A DNA stretch of 64,000 bases from Lophium mytilinum (Eukaryota), in contig MU004186.1 of assembly GCA_010093605.1 (NCBI GenBank), positions 327,765-391,764 on the forward strand. The letters are read 5' to 3'. The notes under the pieces are model-generated. The model did not search any database. It saw only the letters and a list, made by a program, of their open reading frames with translations, and was not told the DNA's origin. Positions 36,017 through 49,444 of this stretch are shown here, one piece after another. The position numbers and the translations under genes were made by a program. Each line of letters begins with the position of its first letter. The first letter of the stretch is position 1.

Positions 36017-37898
36017 CTACCTTCCCAACGCAACCTTACACCCTCCCAACCCCGTACACGTAATCGACAGCCTCTCCCTCCACGGTTCCCCATCCCGACT
36101 CTCCAGCCTCCCAAACTCCTGCAAGAGCCTGACTACAACATACCCCGCCTCAGCGAGCGCGAACTGCTCTGCACACCCATTAGCACAGTTCCCTCAACCC
36201 CCTCGCAAACAGAAGAATACGAAGACAATCACTCACGTCCAACACAAATCCTCGGCCCGCCCCCAAACGGCACAAACGACCACCCGGGCCTCAACTTCTC
36301 CCCCTCCGTATCCAACCACCGCTCCGGCCTCCACTCCCCCGCATCCTTCCCCCACACATCCGCCCGCCGGTGCATCTCATACGTGCTCCACATCACAAAC
36401 GTGCCCTTGGAAATAAACACCGGCTGCGTCCCGTCCGCGCCCCCGCCGAAGGGGAGCACCGTGTCGATGGTGGCGGTGCGCACGTTGTGCGGTACGACGG
36501 GGTGCAGGCGTAGGGACTCGTTGAGGACGGCGCGGAGGTAGGGGAGGGATTTGAGGGCGGCGTAGGTGGGGGGCTCGCTGGAGGGGAAGGCGGTGGCGAT
36601 CTCGGCGCGCAGGTGGGCGAGGGTGGTGGGGGAGCGGGAGAGGGACCAGAGGAGGTTGGAGAGGAGGGCGGCGGTGGTGTCGCGGCCGGCGAGGAGGATG
36701 TCTGGGGGGTGGGTTAGTGAGGGGGTTTGAGAGGAGGGAGGGGAGGGGTTACGTACTTAGGCATTCGGAGCGGAGGCGGAGGGGCGAGGGGGCTGGATCG
36801 TGGGTGGAGAGGGTGGAGAGGAAAGTTGGGTGGGTCGGGTCGGGAGGTTGTGCGCTGGCGCGGGAGATGAGGTTGTCGACGAAGTCTAGTAGTGTTAGCT
36901 ATGGAGATGTGCGGAGGAGAGGTGGAGGATAAGATTAGAAAAGGTTTGAAAAAGGTTTGAACATAATCAATCTTCCAAGTACTCTGGAGATGTCGGATGT
37001 GGCAAGATAGCCTCTTACGTGGTCTATGAGAGATCATAAGAAACGAAGACCTACCATTCACGACCTTATGATACTTCACAAACTCCCCACTCGTAAAGTA
37101 CGCCGGCGTCAGCTCCTCAACCAATGCGCACAAGAAGCTCCACACCGTCATCCCATCCGCCATAAACGGGTTCTGGCAATAGTCGAATGCCGTCGCAAAC
37201 GCCTCACCCTCCTTACTTTTTGCCCCCGTCCCTAACGTACCCGTACTCTCCCCAAACAGAAACTCCGTCGAGACATCTAAACTCAGCTTCCCGAACAGCG
37301 GTTGCAGATCGACCTCAACCAACCCATCTTCTTGCTTCTTCCCTTCAACACTAATCGCCTCAATCAACTCCGCTACGTGCCGCTCGAAGAGGCTGACGTC
37401 TTCAACCCACTTCCTCTCAAACGCTCCCCTCAACATCCCCCGACTATCCTTCCACTCCTCCCCCTCCGTCGTGAACACCCCCCGCCCAAGCAATCGCCCC
37501 ATTCCCTTCTTCTCGTTCGTCCTGTCGTCTCCAATGCTCCACTCCGCGAATTTAGTCGCTAGCATCGCTTGCAAATTCCGCGCGTCAGCCGTCGCGAAAT
37601 TCGTGCCGCCGAAGATCTTCAACGCAATGGTGCGGCTGCCAGGCGGACTGTACGTAGAGAGGGCATGTTGGAAGCGTGTGAGGAGCGTGTGGTCGCGGAA
37701 GGCACGTAAGTTGCCGTATAGTACGTCGAGACCGAGAGGGGAAGGGTCGCGAGAGGGCCAGGCGGGTACAGGGGCGCAGTGATGGGAGATGGCGAAGGCG
37801 CGACGGCGGGAGCGGTTGGCTAGGTGTTTGAGGAACAGATGGGAGAAGTAGACTAAGACTATAGTGGTCGCGAGGATGGGAATGTAGTGAAGAGCCAT
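36017..37898 (-). CDS. Cytochrome P450, CYP52-clan-like (alkane/fatty-acid hydroxylase type)
   Basis: N-terminal TM; LLGRGVFTTEGEEWKDSRGMLR; DVSTEFLFGES; I-helix ILLAGRDTTA; ESLRLHP; WRPERW; heme motif FGGGPRICVG; three introns. Confidence 0.9.
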
Positions 37899-39562
37899 TC
37901 CAGCACCTGAGAGTTGAAGGCGTATTTAGGAGAGAAATATAAGGCACGCTTTGGGGATGTGTTGGTTGGTCGAGTTATAAATGGTTGGCGAGCGCCTTGG
38001 GAGTCACTCTTCCTCGAGTCGTGAGGCTCGATCGTGGGACTGAGGTCGGATGGAATCCAATTAGACCTTACACTTGCGGGAATATTCAAACCTCCAAAAA
38101 TATAGAAAGAGGCTTCCTCGAATTCTTATATGGTATCTGGAAAACGGCTGCCTAGCTCGCGAAGTAAGCCCAATTCTGCGACCTACGATGTAAAAGCCCA
38201 CAAGATCCTACCTTTGAAACTAGTGCATGTACCTAGCGGCTCATCCTATAGCCACACTGCCGCGGGCCGTGGATGGAAGAACAGTTTAAGAGAGTAAAGA
38301 CAGCAGTTCATAGGCTTTTCAGCACAAGAGTTAAAATATAGTCGCGGGGCGTCGCAATATTTCAGGGATCAGACCCTGGAAGGCCCGATCTACCAGGGTA
38401 TCATGACGAAGACAGCGTTCCAAGATTGCTATTTTGAAATAGGCGCCGCGACATTAGTGCCTAAACGAGTGTAGTGGGCACATTAGCTAACAAGCGAGCT
38501 CAGTCCACCTACTTTTTTGGGTACACACTGCGTGTAGTGATACGTACTTACTTCGATAAGAGCTAAGAGGTGATGGCATGTAGTCTGAGCTCGCTTGAAG
38601 CTGAAGCACGGCCAGCGATAGACCTACATCACGGAAGTGAACTACCCCGCTATTGCGCCTATATACTTCCTACTGCCTCTCTTCCCAGGACACTGGTTTT
38701 TAAGTAGCGAGAGAATTTAGTATACGGCCAAGGGTACCGAAATATTTTGTTTCTGCATTCATAATAACTTTGCGACACGAAAAGTCCTGTGCATTGATAG
38801 CTGAGAGGGGTTGGTTGTGGGGATAGTTAGGTGCTGTGCGCTAATCGCAGAGGTCACGAAAATGAGAAATCCAGCGCCGATGATTCCAAAATGCAGGATA
38901 GAAAAGAGAAGTGTCGTGATTCCCCATGCACTACGCCATGCCAGACGCAGATACTTCCCAAAGACTTGCAATTAATATGTAGCCCTACGTTTTGTAGTGC
39001 AGATGCCGCCCAGGCTCAATGCCGTTTAGACTCGCAGTGCATATCTTGTTTGAAGAGTTGCAGTGCAGTTGTCGGCAGGAAGAGTCCATAGAAACTTGGG
39101 AAAAAGGAAAGCCATGATCGCATGACGAGTCGAAAGAGGTCGGGCGAAACGCAGAGACTGCAGCATGTGTTTTTTGAAGCGCAAAAAAAGAGTAGTCCAG
39201 TGGAGGAGAATGCTAACCACGCAATGCAAACCAAATCCAGAAATTCAAACCCAAACGCCTGAATGTGCCGTGGGTAGAAACATGCTGCCGTGACAAGGCA
39301 AGAATCGTTTATCTCCTCTTCCGTGGGTCAATCCTCATTCTTGACGGTTGTAATAGAAGTCGTGAGTAGTTGAGATTCCTGATCAGTCTTGTCGACGTGT
39401 GGTGAAGGTCGTGAGTCGTTGATATTCTTAGTCAAACTTGTCGGTGTGTAGTTGGAAATTGTGAGTCGTTGAAATTGATATCCTGTCTGAATCCCAAGTC
39501 CGATGTGCCAAATCTCCCCGCGTCGTGTGTTAGCCTAGGAATGATTGTCTGACGAACGGCTG

Positions 39563-40171
39563 TCAAGCGTCGCCTTCAAGCTTGAGTGCTTCCAACAGCT
39601 CCGAATTAAGAAGATCGGGAACGAATTCTTCGTCGATTTCGTCAACTGGAAGGAGAACGTCTTCCAGAGTGGGGATCTTGCGAACATCGTCGAACGGGAA
39701 AGCAGGCAAGACACGTAGATTGTGCCAGGCCACGGCAGCACTGCCAGGCTCACGTGGAAGAGGGAGGAAACGGCCCACAGTAGTCTTCGCCCTGTCATCC
39801 CCCTCCCATTTCATCTCCGGGAGAGTTGGCCAAGGCGCCATTTCCTCCTTGAGTTGCCACTTAGGGCACCATATGGTCTTCTCGCAGAGAACCACACCGT
39901 GGTTCTCAGGGAAGTTCTTTTCCTTCAGACGGTTCAGGATCTGTTGCTGTCCGCCCTTGCCCAGACCCTCCTCTTTGATTGCAACCGCACGCTCAAGTTC
40001 TTTCGTGCGCGACTCGACAACGGCTTGCCGATGTGCCAGCCATGCTGTCTTATCCATCTTTGCCACCTCCGACTTTGGGAACAATCGCCGCATCGAGTTC
40101 ATGACCACCTGGAATTTCTCGTTCTCCCTCGCCTCTGGAGAGATCCAGGCCTTCTTGTTCCAGTAAGCCAT
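39563..40171 (-). CDS. Hypothetical protein (globular-looking, Trp-rich)
   Basis: 202-aa ORF with motif-like WPTLPEMKWEGDDRAKT..GRFLPLPR. Confidence 0.7.
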   Translation of the reverse strand: MAYWNKKAWISPEARENEKFQVVMNSMRRLFPKSEVAKMDKTAWLAHRQAVVESRTKELERAVAIKEEGLGKGGQQQILNRLKEKNFPENHGVVLCEKTIWCPKWQLKEEMAPWPTLPEMKWEGDDRAKTTVGRFLPLPREPGSAAVAWHNLRVLPAFPFDDVRKIPTLEDVLLPVDEIDEEFVPDLLNSELLEALKLEGDA

Positions 40172-43100
40172 TTAGATAGGGCTGTCGTCCAGCGAGTCAC
40201 TTGGGATGACGTAAGCGAAGGGGTAAAGGCTGTCGACCTGATAGTTACTGGCGCGGTGGGTTTTCGGAGACTGCTGTTGCTATTTTCGAGCTAGGTACGG
40301 TTGGGGCGTTGTTTCGGGCGCTGAGCAGCGGCTTCTGGCTTTCACCGTGGGCTGGACGGAGGTCGTCGGACCTATTTGTTGCGTTGGTGACCACACCGGT
40401 ATGAATATCCTGTCCCTTTAATAATGATTAACAATGTTCCAAGAACTGACGGCAACGGCAGCACGGCACGACGGCTGGCGACAGTCGACTGGTGTTGGTG
40501 GAGTTAGTGGTGGTTAGTGGTGATGAGGTTGGCGAAAGAGGTTGTGGCAGCTGATCAAGACGGGTGAAATAGTGAAGGCGTGGGGCACGATTTCTGGCTG
40601 CCTGGGCAAAGCCGATTCACCAGGTCTTGCTCCTGCAGGTGTAGGTGCTTGTGTTGCTTCAGAGTCCCGGGATGCTATGGGAGCACTTCCAGCGTACCTC
40701 ATCCTCTACTCCGCTACTCCGAGCTGTTCAAACCTCGAAACAACACACGCTCTTCAACAGCCCATAACGTCGCTGCAGTTGGCCTACCTGAGTGCTTGCA
40801 GTGGCAAAGTGCACGATGTGACCGCCTTTTCTTCCCAAGGACTGAGCTCTGGACGTCTGCACCGAAGCTATCTGCGAAGAGCCCACACAGTCGAGGAAGA
40901 TTGAAGACAAGCAATCTGGAATGGCCGGCTCCAGTTTGAAACTATTCGACCCGAGGACCTGTTTTGATAGCCGTGTCGAAGGCTTTAAGTCTTCGATTCC
41001 AATCCGCAGTTGTCGATCACCGAGATGCGGAGGAGTATCCCAATAGTCGTGCGCGTTGTTTGAGTAAGGTAATCGTGAAGTAAGTAGAAAGCTGGTTGGT
41101 AGAGCTCAAAGAGAGAGTTAACTGTTACTTTTTGATGCCTACTATTAGTACTATCATGGTAGACTGAATAAGAATGGCGACAATAGGAAGGCAGACACGT
41201 TGCTATTGTTCTGTCAGCGTCAATAGGAAATGGCACGGGCGCCGGCCAGGCGGCAACGGGCGGTGTGACATAATTTTGCCAGTTTTGGAGATGTAAAGGA
41301 GACAACAGAGTGCGGGGCAGGTTGGAGACGGGTTTTGGGTAGATATAACCTACTTGAAATGAGCTTGTGTTACCGCACAAGGTCAACTGGACAGCAGCAC
41401 GGTCCAAAGTGAGGCAAATAGGTGAGAGATTGGCTTTCCCTAAGTTTGAGAGAGGCGAAACGTGCAGCGTACGGTTCTCACTGTGACCTAGCAGAGATTG
41501 CGACTTGAAATGGGGTATTGGCGGTGAGCTGGCAGACATGTGATCCCAATCTCGGAGGGATTTTCAACCTTTCACTGGCCTCTCGTACCTGAAACATCCG
41601 AGTTGAGTGTGGATAATGGGCACTATCTGAGCCTTACGAGAGAGTTGTAGAGTTCGTGAAGTGAAAGTGACGTGGCTGAGAAAATTTAAATCATTATAAC
41701 GGCAACGAAGGTGGGGAGATTAGGTGATGTCGATATGCTCATCCAGGAAGGGATACTAGTCAGGCCCCTAGTGAATTTACAATGATATGATGGCGAAGGG
41801 AGCAGATATGAAATCGTAGACGATGATATGAAGTTGATGTTGATGATGGACAGGGCTCTTGGCGCTGATGCCATTCACAGGAAAGTGGGTTGGTCTCTGG
41901 ATCTTCGTTCTCACAGTGCCATCGCACTGTGACAGATTGGCACGATTGCATGGATCACGGCCGTCTTAACGCTCTTTAGACTTGCCCTCACAGTCTCAAG
42001 ATAGAGGTTTCCCAGTCGGAGATGTATGACAACAGGAAAGATTAGGTCCAAAAAGACAACCTACATACCTCAGGCCATGAACTGCTCTTTCCCAAGAGAT
42101 TCGCCTAAACCGTCAGTGGCTAGGCTTCAACGAGCGTGCCTCAGCATATGAAGCGTAAAGGAATATTTATGTACGCTGTACCCAGATTGAAATCGAATAA
42201 CAGGCCCCCTACGGAGATGCATTATTACCAACTTCCGCATTCCATCTTCTTCCATCAAACATCATCGGGTATATCCTCTCTTGAACCCGCTCCCGGTGTT
42301 CTTCGTAAAGGCGCATTGAGCTCAGGGCGTTGACAGACGTGGCGAGTGCGTCCCATTATACCTTGACGGAGTCTTGACGCGTTCTAGGATCCGCAGACAC
42401 GTCAGGTGGTCCGCCTGCCTCCCTTGATGCCGTGATTGTCGTCAATGCGGCTGGCGTCCACGAATTCGAAGAGTACGTGTCAGGATTGAAACGTCGTGGA
42501 CGCGTGATGGTTCGCGAAACAAACCTTCATCAGCCGCATGGAAACGGCCTCGAAATAGCCAGGCGGTTGGATCCGGCGCGCGGGCGGGCCTTTGTGACGG
42601 CAATGTCGTGGGTTGAGGGTGAATTTGGGTGTGTTTCAAGGGCGAAGTCTCAGGGCGCGTTGATTGGCAGGGCGACGTTGTTCGGGCCGGAACAACTTTT
42701 TGAACGTGCGGCTCCAATGCACCAGCGCTTCGCCGCAGCCACTTATAACCTTGCACCCATCATGCAAGTGGCGCGCGACACGCAAGGATCTCCGCAATCA
42801 TGGCTCTGATCGTCCAGCTATTCTTGGGCCGGCGAGACGAGGGAGGAAGTCGACGATCCGGGAGAGGGCAGTCCGAATAGCCTCCTGGCAGCTCAACACC
42901 ACGAGCACAGAGATGGAGGGGGTTCACGTAGAAGTTGGAGAGACGCGATCCTTGCAGATGACGATGGCCTGCAGGCGAAATCAAGGCGCGCCCCATGCAA
43001 CACGGTCGCCCGCCGCACGCCCCGCAAGATCGCCATACATAACGGCCGCAGCCCCGGTGTTGGGAAGGGTGGACATCTCCTCTGCGTTCACCTGCACCCT

Positions 43101-43933
43101 AGGTTTTGTCCCCTTGCGGTCGACCACTAACTCTACGACGACTCGGGACGGGTGCTGCTCGCCCGTGGAACCTGCTCACCGAGCTGGAGAAGCGACGCGC
43201 TGTCTCGCCCGTCTCGAAGTCTGTCGGCCAGTGATCGCAAGTCCAGGAACAGAGGTCTCTGCCAGAATCTCCCCCCGGCCAGTGACAAATAACCCGATCG
43301 AATATAGCACGCTGCCGCTGTGTTCGGGCCTCCCGCAAGCTGGCCGCTGCACTCCCAAATGACTGGCCGCCGAGCACTCCTCCGGGTTTTGCGGGGCGGC
43401 TATTTGGGCCTGACCACCAAGCAGCCTCAAGTTCCAGAATAGAGTCGCGACCGACTAGGTGCCAGCTGAAACGCCTCGACCGGAGCCGCCTCTGAATGCT
43501 AATTCGCAGAGGTCGCGAAACGGGTCCTGTTCAACCTCGCGGTACGTACTGCTCTTTGTTTCATCGCGCCAAGCCTGCTTTGTGGTGAAGGACATAATGC
43601 CCTGGTCCTCCCCCCACCACTTCACTCTTGCACCTCCTCATTGTTCTGCGGCGTGGCAAATCCTCGGCATTTCCTTATTGTTCCTTTGTTCTATTGTTCT
43701 GCCTTGCCTGTAATTTCATAGTAATATTCCTTCTCTCCGCAAAATCTCTGGCAGATTTTTTCTTCTACCTCCACCCTGCTACACCCGCCCAAGTCTTGTA
43801 GCGCCTCTTTGTTCAACTCTTTTTTGGCCACATCCATCATTCCATCACACCTTCGCCTTCCTCGACTAGACCTGCCTTTTTTCTAACGACTTCCGCCTCC
43901 AGGTTGAGGCTTTCAACTCCACCTCTCGTCGTC

Positions 43934-46198
43934 ATGGCTTCCTCAGAGAACCAACAGCACATCTTCCCGGCTGTACCTCCGTCTCACTCCGCTGGCGATC
44001 ATGAGATGCGAGACTACTACGCCCCGCATGATGCACCACGACCTCCAATGAACCAAACACCATACCTCACACCATACCTCGGCCTTCGAGCTAGACTCTC
44101 GCAAGTATGGATTAATCGCTGGACCATTCTCCTCCTCCTCGTCCTTGTCCGCACCCTCATCGCCGTCGCCGGCATCAACGACAACCTTGGCTCCGCAAGA
44201 GACAAGGCCCTCCGCGCCTGTACCGAAGTCGAAGGCATCGGCAGCACCATGGCCTCTGGACCCCATTTCATGGCCCAGGGAATCAACGAAATGACCGCCA
44301 CCGGTGTCGAAAAGGCCGTCAACGGGCTCATGTCAATGCTCACTCTAAGCGTTACCACAGTTGAGGAGATCGTGCTCTTTGTCATCAACATGATGACTTC
44401 GACCTACGTCTGCCTCATCACGCTTGCTGTGAGCGGTAGTCTCCACGCCGCCATCGAGCTTGGTGACGAGGTCACCCAGTTCTTGAACAAGACACTCCCC
44501 GGCATCGGAGACGACATCGGGAACACCGCTCAGTCCTTCACGAGTGACTTAAACGGCTTCTTGCAGAAACTTTCAAGCATACCATTCGGTGGGGGAGAGG
44601 CACCTACTTTAAACCTCGACGGCGACATCAACAAGCTCAAGAACTTTACCGCCCAGTTGCCCTCCGATGTCAGCGACAGCCTAGAAAAGCTTAACAATTC
44701 GATACCTGACTTCGCCGACGTCAAGAACTTCACCGACAGCCTCATTAGGCTACCGTTCGAAGAGGTCAAGAAGCTGATCAATGAGTCAATGACGAACTTT
44801 ACGTTTGATCGTTCGATTCTGCCGGTCCCCGCAAAGGCGAAACTGACCTTCTGCACTGGCAGCAACGGAATCAACGAGTTCTTCGATGATCTCGTTGCTT
44901 TGGAGATCAAGGCTCGCAAGATTTTCATCGCTGTCATTGTTATCTTGGCTGTTCTCGTCTGCATTCCCATGTGGTACAGGGAAATCCGCCGCTACCGTTG
45001 GATGCAAGAGCGATCTCAGCTAGTCAACCAGAACGGATACGAGCCAATGGATGTCGTGTATCTCACCTCTCGACCATACACGTCAACCTTCGGTGTCAAG
45101 CTCGCGAACCGGTTCGGATCCACCCGACGAAAGACTATCATGCGATGGTCTGTGGCATATGCAACGTCGGTTCCCGCTCTGTTCGTTCTATCACTAGGTG
45201 TCGCTGGGCTGTTTGCGTGTCTCTGTCAATTCATCCTCCTCAAGACAATCCAGAAGGAAGTCCCCGGGCTCACAAATCAGGTGGCCGATTTCGCGGACAA
45301 CGTTATTCACTCCCTCAACAGCGCCTCTTCATCTTGGGCTGGAGGAGTGAACCATGCGATCGGTACTACAAATGCCAACATCAACCAGGATGTGTTCAGC
45401 TGGGTCAACACCACGACTTCTGCCGTGAACAATACCCTCAACGGGTTTGTTGACACCATGCACAATGATCTTGACAAGGCTTTCGGAACAAATACCCCGT
45501 TGTCAGATGCTATCACGGGAGTCCTGGACTGCCTCGTCACCCTCAAAATCACGGGCATCCAGAAGGCGTTGACATGGGTCACAGACCATGCCCACGTTGA
45601 CTTCCCTCTCATGAACAACGACACATTCACACTTGGAGCCTTGGCTAGTATCAGCAACAGCTCATCCGCCGCCGATCTTCTTTCAGACCCCAGCAGCTCC
45701 ACCAAGGATGACATTTCTGATGCGATCACCAGCTTGACAAACAAACTCCAAGATGGTATCCGCACAGAGGCGCTCATTTCGACTTTCATCATCCTTCTGT
45801 GGGTTCTTATCGCACTCGGCGGCTTCATCCGGGCTTGCTTCGTGATGTTCGGTCGCGACAAGACACGCGGTGAAGGTGGTCAAGCTTACACAATTGATCC
45901 TGCCACCGACAACGTTCGAGGTCACGACTTCCCCCCACCCGATACTGCGGCACCCCCGTCCTATGAGTACCCAGTCAACAAGGCTGCGCCATACACAATT
46001 CAACCACGACCTTTCCCCACGTACGAGCCGTCACCAGAATCACCTACTTCTCCAGACGAGAAGGTCGGCCAAGTTGGTGCACGAAACGTTGGCGATTCGG
46101 TTGCCCGGCCAAACCACCTCAGGGCCAGCAGCCACGGACATCTTGGAGGCAACTCACCTTACGACGAGAAAACCCCGAATAATCCATTTGCCGATTAA
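43934..46198 (+). CDS. PRM1: Plasma membrane fusion protein Prm1
   Basis: Signature TPYLGLRARLSQVWINRWTILLLLVL; ACTEVEGIGSTMASGPHFMA; TSTYVCLIT; multiple TM segments. Confidence 0.95.
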   Translation: MASSENQQHIFPAVPPSHSAGDHEMRDYYAPHDAPRPPMNQTPYLTPYLGLRARLSQVWINRWTILLLLVLVRTLIAVAGINDNLGSARDKALRACTEVEGIGSTMASGPHFMAQGINEMTATGVEKAVNGLMSMLTLSVTTVEEIVLFVINMMTSTYVCLITLAVSGSLHAAIELGDEVTQFLNKTLPGIGDDIGNTAQSFTSDLNGFLQKLSSIPFGGGEAPTLNLDGDINKLKNFTAQLPSDVSDSLEKLNNSIPDFADVKNFTDSLIRLPFEEVKKLINESMTNFTFDRSILPVPAKAKLTFCTGSNGINEFFDDLVALEIKARKIFIAVIVILAVLVCIPMWYREIRRYRWMQERSQLVNQNGYEPMDVVYLTSRPYTSTFGVKLANRFGSTRRKTIMRWSVAYATSVPALFVLSLGVAGLFACLCQFILLKTIQKEVPGLTNQVADFADNVIHSLNSASSSWAGGVNHAIGTTNANINQDVFSWVNTTTSAVNNTLNGFVDTMHNDLDKAFGTNTPLSDAITGVLDCLVTLKITGIQKALTWVTDHAHVDFPLMNNDTFTLGALASISNSSSAADLLSDPSSSTKDDISDAITSLTNKLQDGIRTEALISTFIILLWVLIALGGFIRACFVMFGRDKTRGEGGQAYTIDPATDNVRGHDFPPPDTAAPPSYEYPVNKAAPYTIQPRPFPTYEPSPESPTSPDEKVGQVGARNVGDSVARPNHLRASSHGHLGGNSPYDEKTPNNPFAD

Positions 46199-48693
46199 GC
46201 CACTAGCATTTGATTGCTAATCCTCTGTGACCTTTTCTCCTGATCTGGGTCTACGAGGGCGTAGCTTTTTCGGACGCGCGAAGAGACGTAATTGCTCAGG
46301 TTACGTACCTTGGTCCCTAGGTCCTTTCCAAATGATGCTTTGCTCTTTGGAAAAACTGCCAGATGCAGAGCTTCGGCTCTCTCTAGCAGAAAACTGGTGT
46401 TTATAATATTCTTCTCGTCCACTCGTTGGATAACTTTTATATTTTGGTTTATTGTTTGTGTTTTGCTCTGCATATGCGCGCGGCGTTGGATGATATCCCC
46501 TCATTGCACTTTCAAGCATTTTCTTAGCGTTCCTTCAAAAGATTTACTTGATGACTATCCTTTTCATGAGCGTGTGTGTATCTCCTTTGGTATGTCTGTT
46601 CCCGAGGCCCTTTTCATCCCGTTCCTCTCCAGTACTCTCTATCATCCTTCATTTCCCTTCTCCATTCTCCATTCGTCCCCGCCTTCCCGTCGGCTTGCCC
46701 GGTTGGCCGCGACGTCGTGGAGTTCGGACCTTAGGATGCGATGTTGTCGATGTTAGAGCGGTGCTGTGCACGAGCCGGACATATTGGGTATGATCGTTCA
46801 TTCGCCTCTCACTTGTTCCCTTCTACCCCTTGCCCTTACGGTTGTATCTTCGGACCCGATTGTGGTGATCGTGGCGGAGGAGGAGCTGCCGACCTGACCC
46901 GTCTTGTGTTGTCTTGCTCGGCGGAACAGTGGGAGTTGCTGATCGATAACAAGCGTTATTCCTTCCTCCTCGTGTATTTTCTTTCTTTCCTCTCGGGACC
47001 ATGGCAGACAGGAAATTTGCGAGTTGAGCTGGAGGAGAGTGAGAATGTGTTGAGTCGGCTGGTTGAAGTATCCTCGTCCCCTGGATGAAGGGTTGGTTAT
47101 TGCGCTTTGCGACCTGTGGATCCTGCTGCTTTTAGCAGCGGGACAACGTTCAGAACATGAAGGTTTAGTGGTGGAATAAACTATGCGCGGCCAGCGCCTT
47201 ACAAACAGTCGCTCTTTTGAGAATCATGTCCTACGAGAGGTCGGGCTACCTCCGAAATTGCAATTGCTGGAGGCCGTAGACTAGACAAATTTAAAACCTC
47301 TCCTGGACAGACTATATACATTTCATTGTGATACTTGAGACGGACTTATTAATGCCTATGAGTAAGCATTAAAAGTGCAGGATATAATTGTTCACGTGAC
47401 TTAAACCCGAGCTCGGGCCGCCTCGTCCTCGTTACCGCATCGTGCATGTGAGCTACTCTCTCAAGCTTCAAGTGCCAACTTGACGTTCCCATCCGCGCTA
47501 ACAGGGGGCTAACGCTTGGGCCACCCCACTAAAATCAAACGTTAACACTACTATTACTAAAATTATAATAATACTCTTCTATATACTAGAAAGCTTTAAA
47601 TAATTATAATATATTACTAATAATCTTTAATACTATTTAAAAGTAATATATAATACTCTTATAAGGTAATTTCTATTATATAAGGCCTAAAATCTAGCTA
47701 GAAATTAATTAGTTTAGTGGCCTTATTTTAAATAAGCAGTTTCTTTTATTTCTTATAGTTGCATCTTAGTATTCTATCTCTTATTACTTTTATTAAGTTA
47801 TTTTTATTAATTTTTAATATAGAGGATTATATTAGACACCTTTTAGAGTATAGCTACATGCCCGTAGGCCTTCTTATTTAGAATAAGAAAAGAAAAATTA
47901 AGAAATTAAAAGTATAGGGGCCTTTATTTAAGATAAGCCTAAACTATAGTTAATTCTATAGAGGCTATTATCTAATTATTATCTAAAATAAGCCTAAACT
48001 ATACTAGAAACTACCTGCTAGCTATCTTTATACTAGATAAGGTAGCTAGATATTAGTAGGTAGCTAGATATTAGAAGTATTAATATTAGTGTTAGGCCTA
48101 TATTATATAATATCTAGCTAGATCTCTATAATGCGTAGATTATAATTAATTAGCTATTATATCTTATTAGCTTTATTAATAATAAGAAAGAAAAAGAAGA
48201 CTTATAGTATCTAGAGTTTAAGAGATACTAATTATACTATCTAGCAGTTTAAAGAACGCTAGATAAATATAGAAGAATATAACCTAAGATTATTAGAAAT
48301 AAAGTAAGAGGAAAGAAAGAAAAGAAGCCTTACTAGAAGCTTAGAGGTACTAGAAAGAGAGTTAGAAGGCTAGATATTCTTTATAATAAGGTACTCTTTA
48401 ACTATTACCTTCTACTAGGTGCACCTATAAGGTATAAGGTTCTCTATATTAAGGCTAATTAGAATAGTAGTTAAGTCTAGAGGCTAATTTATACTATAAG
48501 ATATACCTAGTATAGGCTTATATCTATAAAAATATTTCTAGTATTTAGAAATACTATTTATAGAGCGCTAGAGATAAGTATAGAGCTTCTTAATATCTAT
48601 AGTATTCTATAGCTTATTTATACAGTTCTAATAAGCTGTATACTAAGTAATAGCCCTAGAAGATTATTAGAAATAAAGCTAAAGAAGGGTAAA

Positions 48694-48741
48694 AAGGTAA
48701 GAAGGTAAGAAGGTAAGAAGGTAAGAAGGTAAGAAGGTAAA
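48694..48741. repeat. (AAGGTAAG)n short tandem repeat
   Basis: About six tandem 8-mers read directly. Confidence 0.85.
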
Positions 48742-49444
48742 GTAAAGAACTTACGCTCGCTACGCAGCTATAGTTGTAGGGTTAGCTAGAATATTAGCGC
48801 GCCGGGTGGCGACACGCTAGTAATAGGGGATAGCCTTAAAAGGTATTATTATTAATAAGCAGGGTAAGAAGTAGATAAGGTTAATAAAGCTTATAAAGCT
48901 ATAAAGAGATAGATTATTTTAAATAAGCTAAAAAGATACTTTAGTAAAGAGAAGGTTGTTCTAGATAAGCTAAAGAGATAGAAGAGTAATAATAGAAGAG
49001 TAATAATAGAAGAGTAATAAAAGCTAATAAAAAAGTTATTCTAGATAAGCCTAAAAGATAGAAGGTTAGAGAATAAAAAAGAAAAGCTTTAAGGTAGTAG
49101 AAGATAACTCTATATACCCTGCTAGTAATAAGATTATAGAGTATATTTCTCTATCTATCTCTAGCATTAGTATAAGCTTTAGTATAAAAATAGGCGGTAT
49201 AATACTAAAAGCTATTATATAGTAATACTATTCTAGAAGAGTATACTACCTAACGCGTTTATAAGGCTAATTCTTATTATAAATAAGCCTCTTAACTTTA
49301 AGAAATAGGCTTATAACTACTATAATTCCTAGAGAGTATACTTATATACTAGTACCTAAGAAGCTTATAAGGCTAATCTTTATTATAAATAAGTTTCTTA
49401 ACTTTAGAAATTAGGCTTATAACTTCTAGAGAGTATACTTCTTT

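Noticed and set aside
39358..39475. Imperfect ~50-bp tandem repeat (gtcgtgagt.gttga..)
   Set aside because: Only about 2.5 degenerate copies in a probable 3' UTR.
40500..43750. Several 60-230 aa ORFs between the hypothetical gene and PRM1
   Set aside because: Non-ATG starts, no motifs, mutually overlapping; probably a divergent promoter/UTR region.
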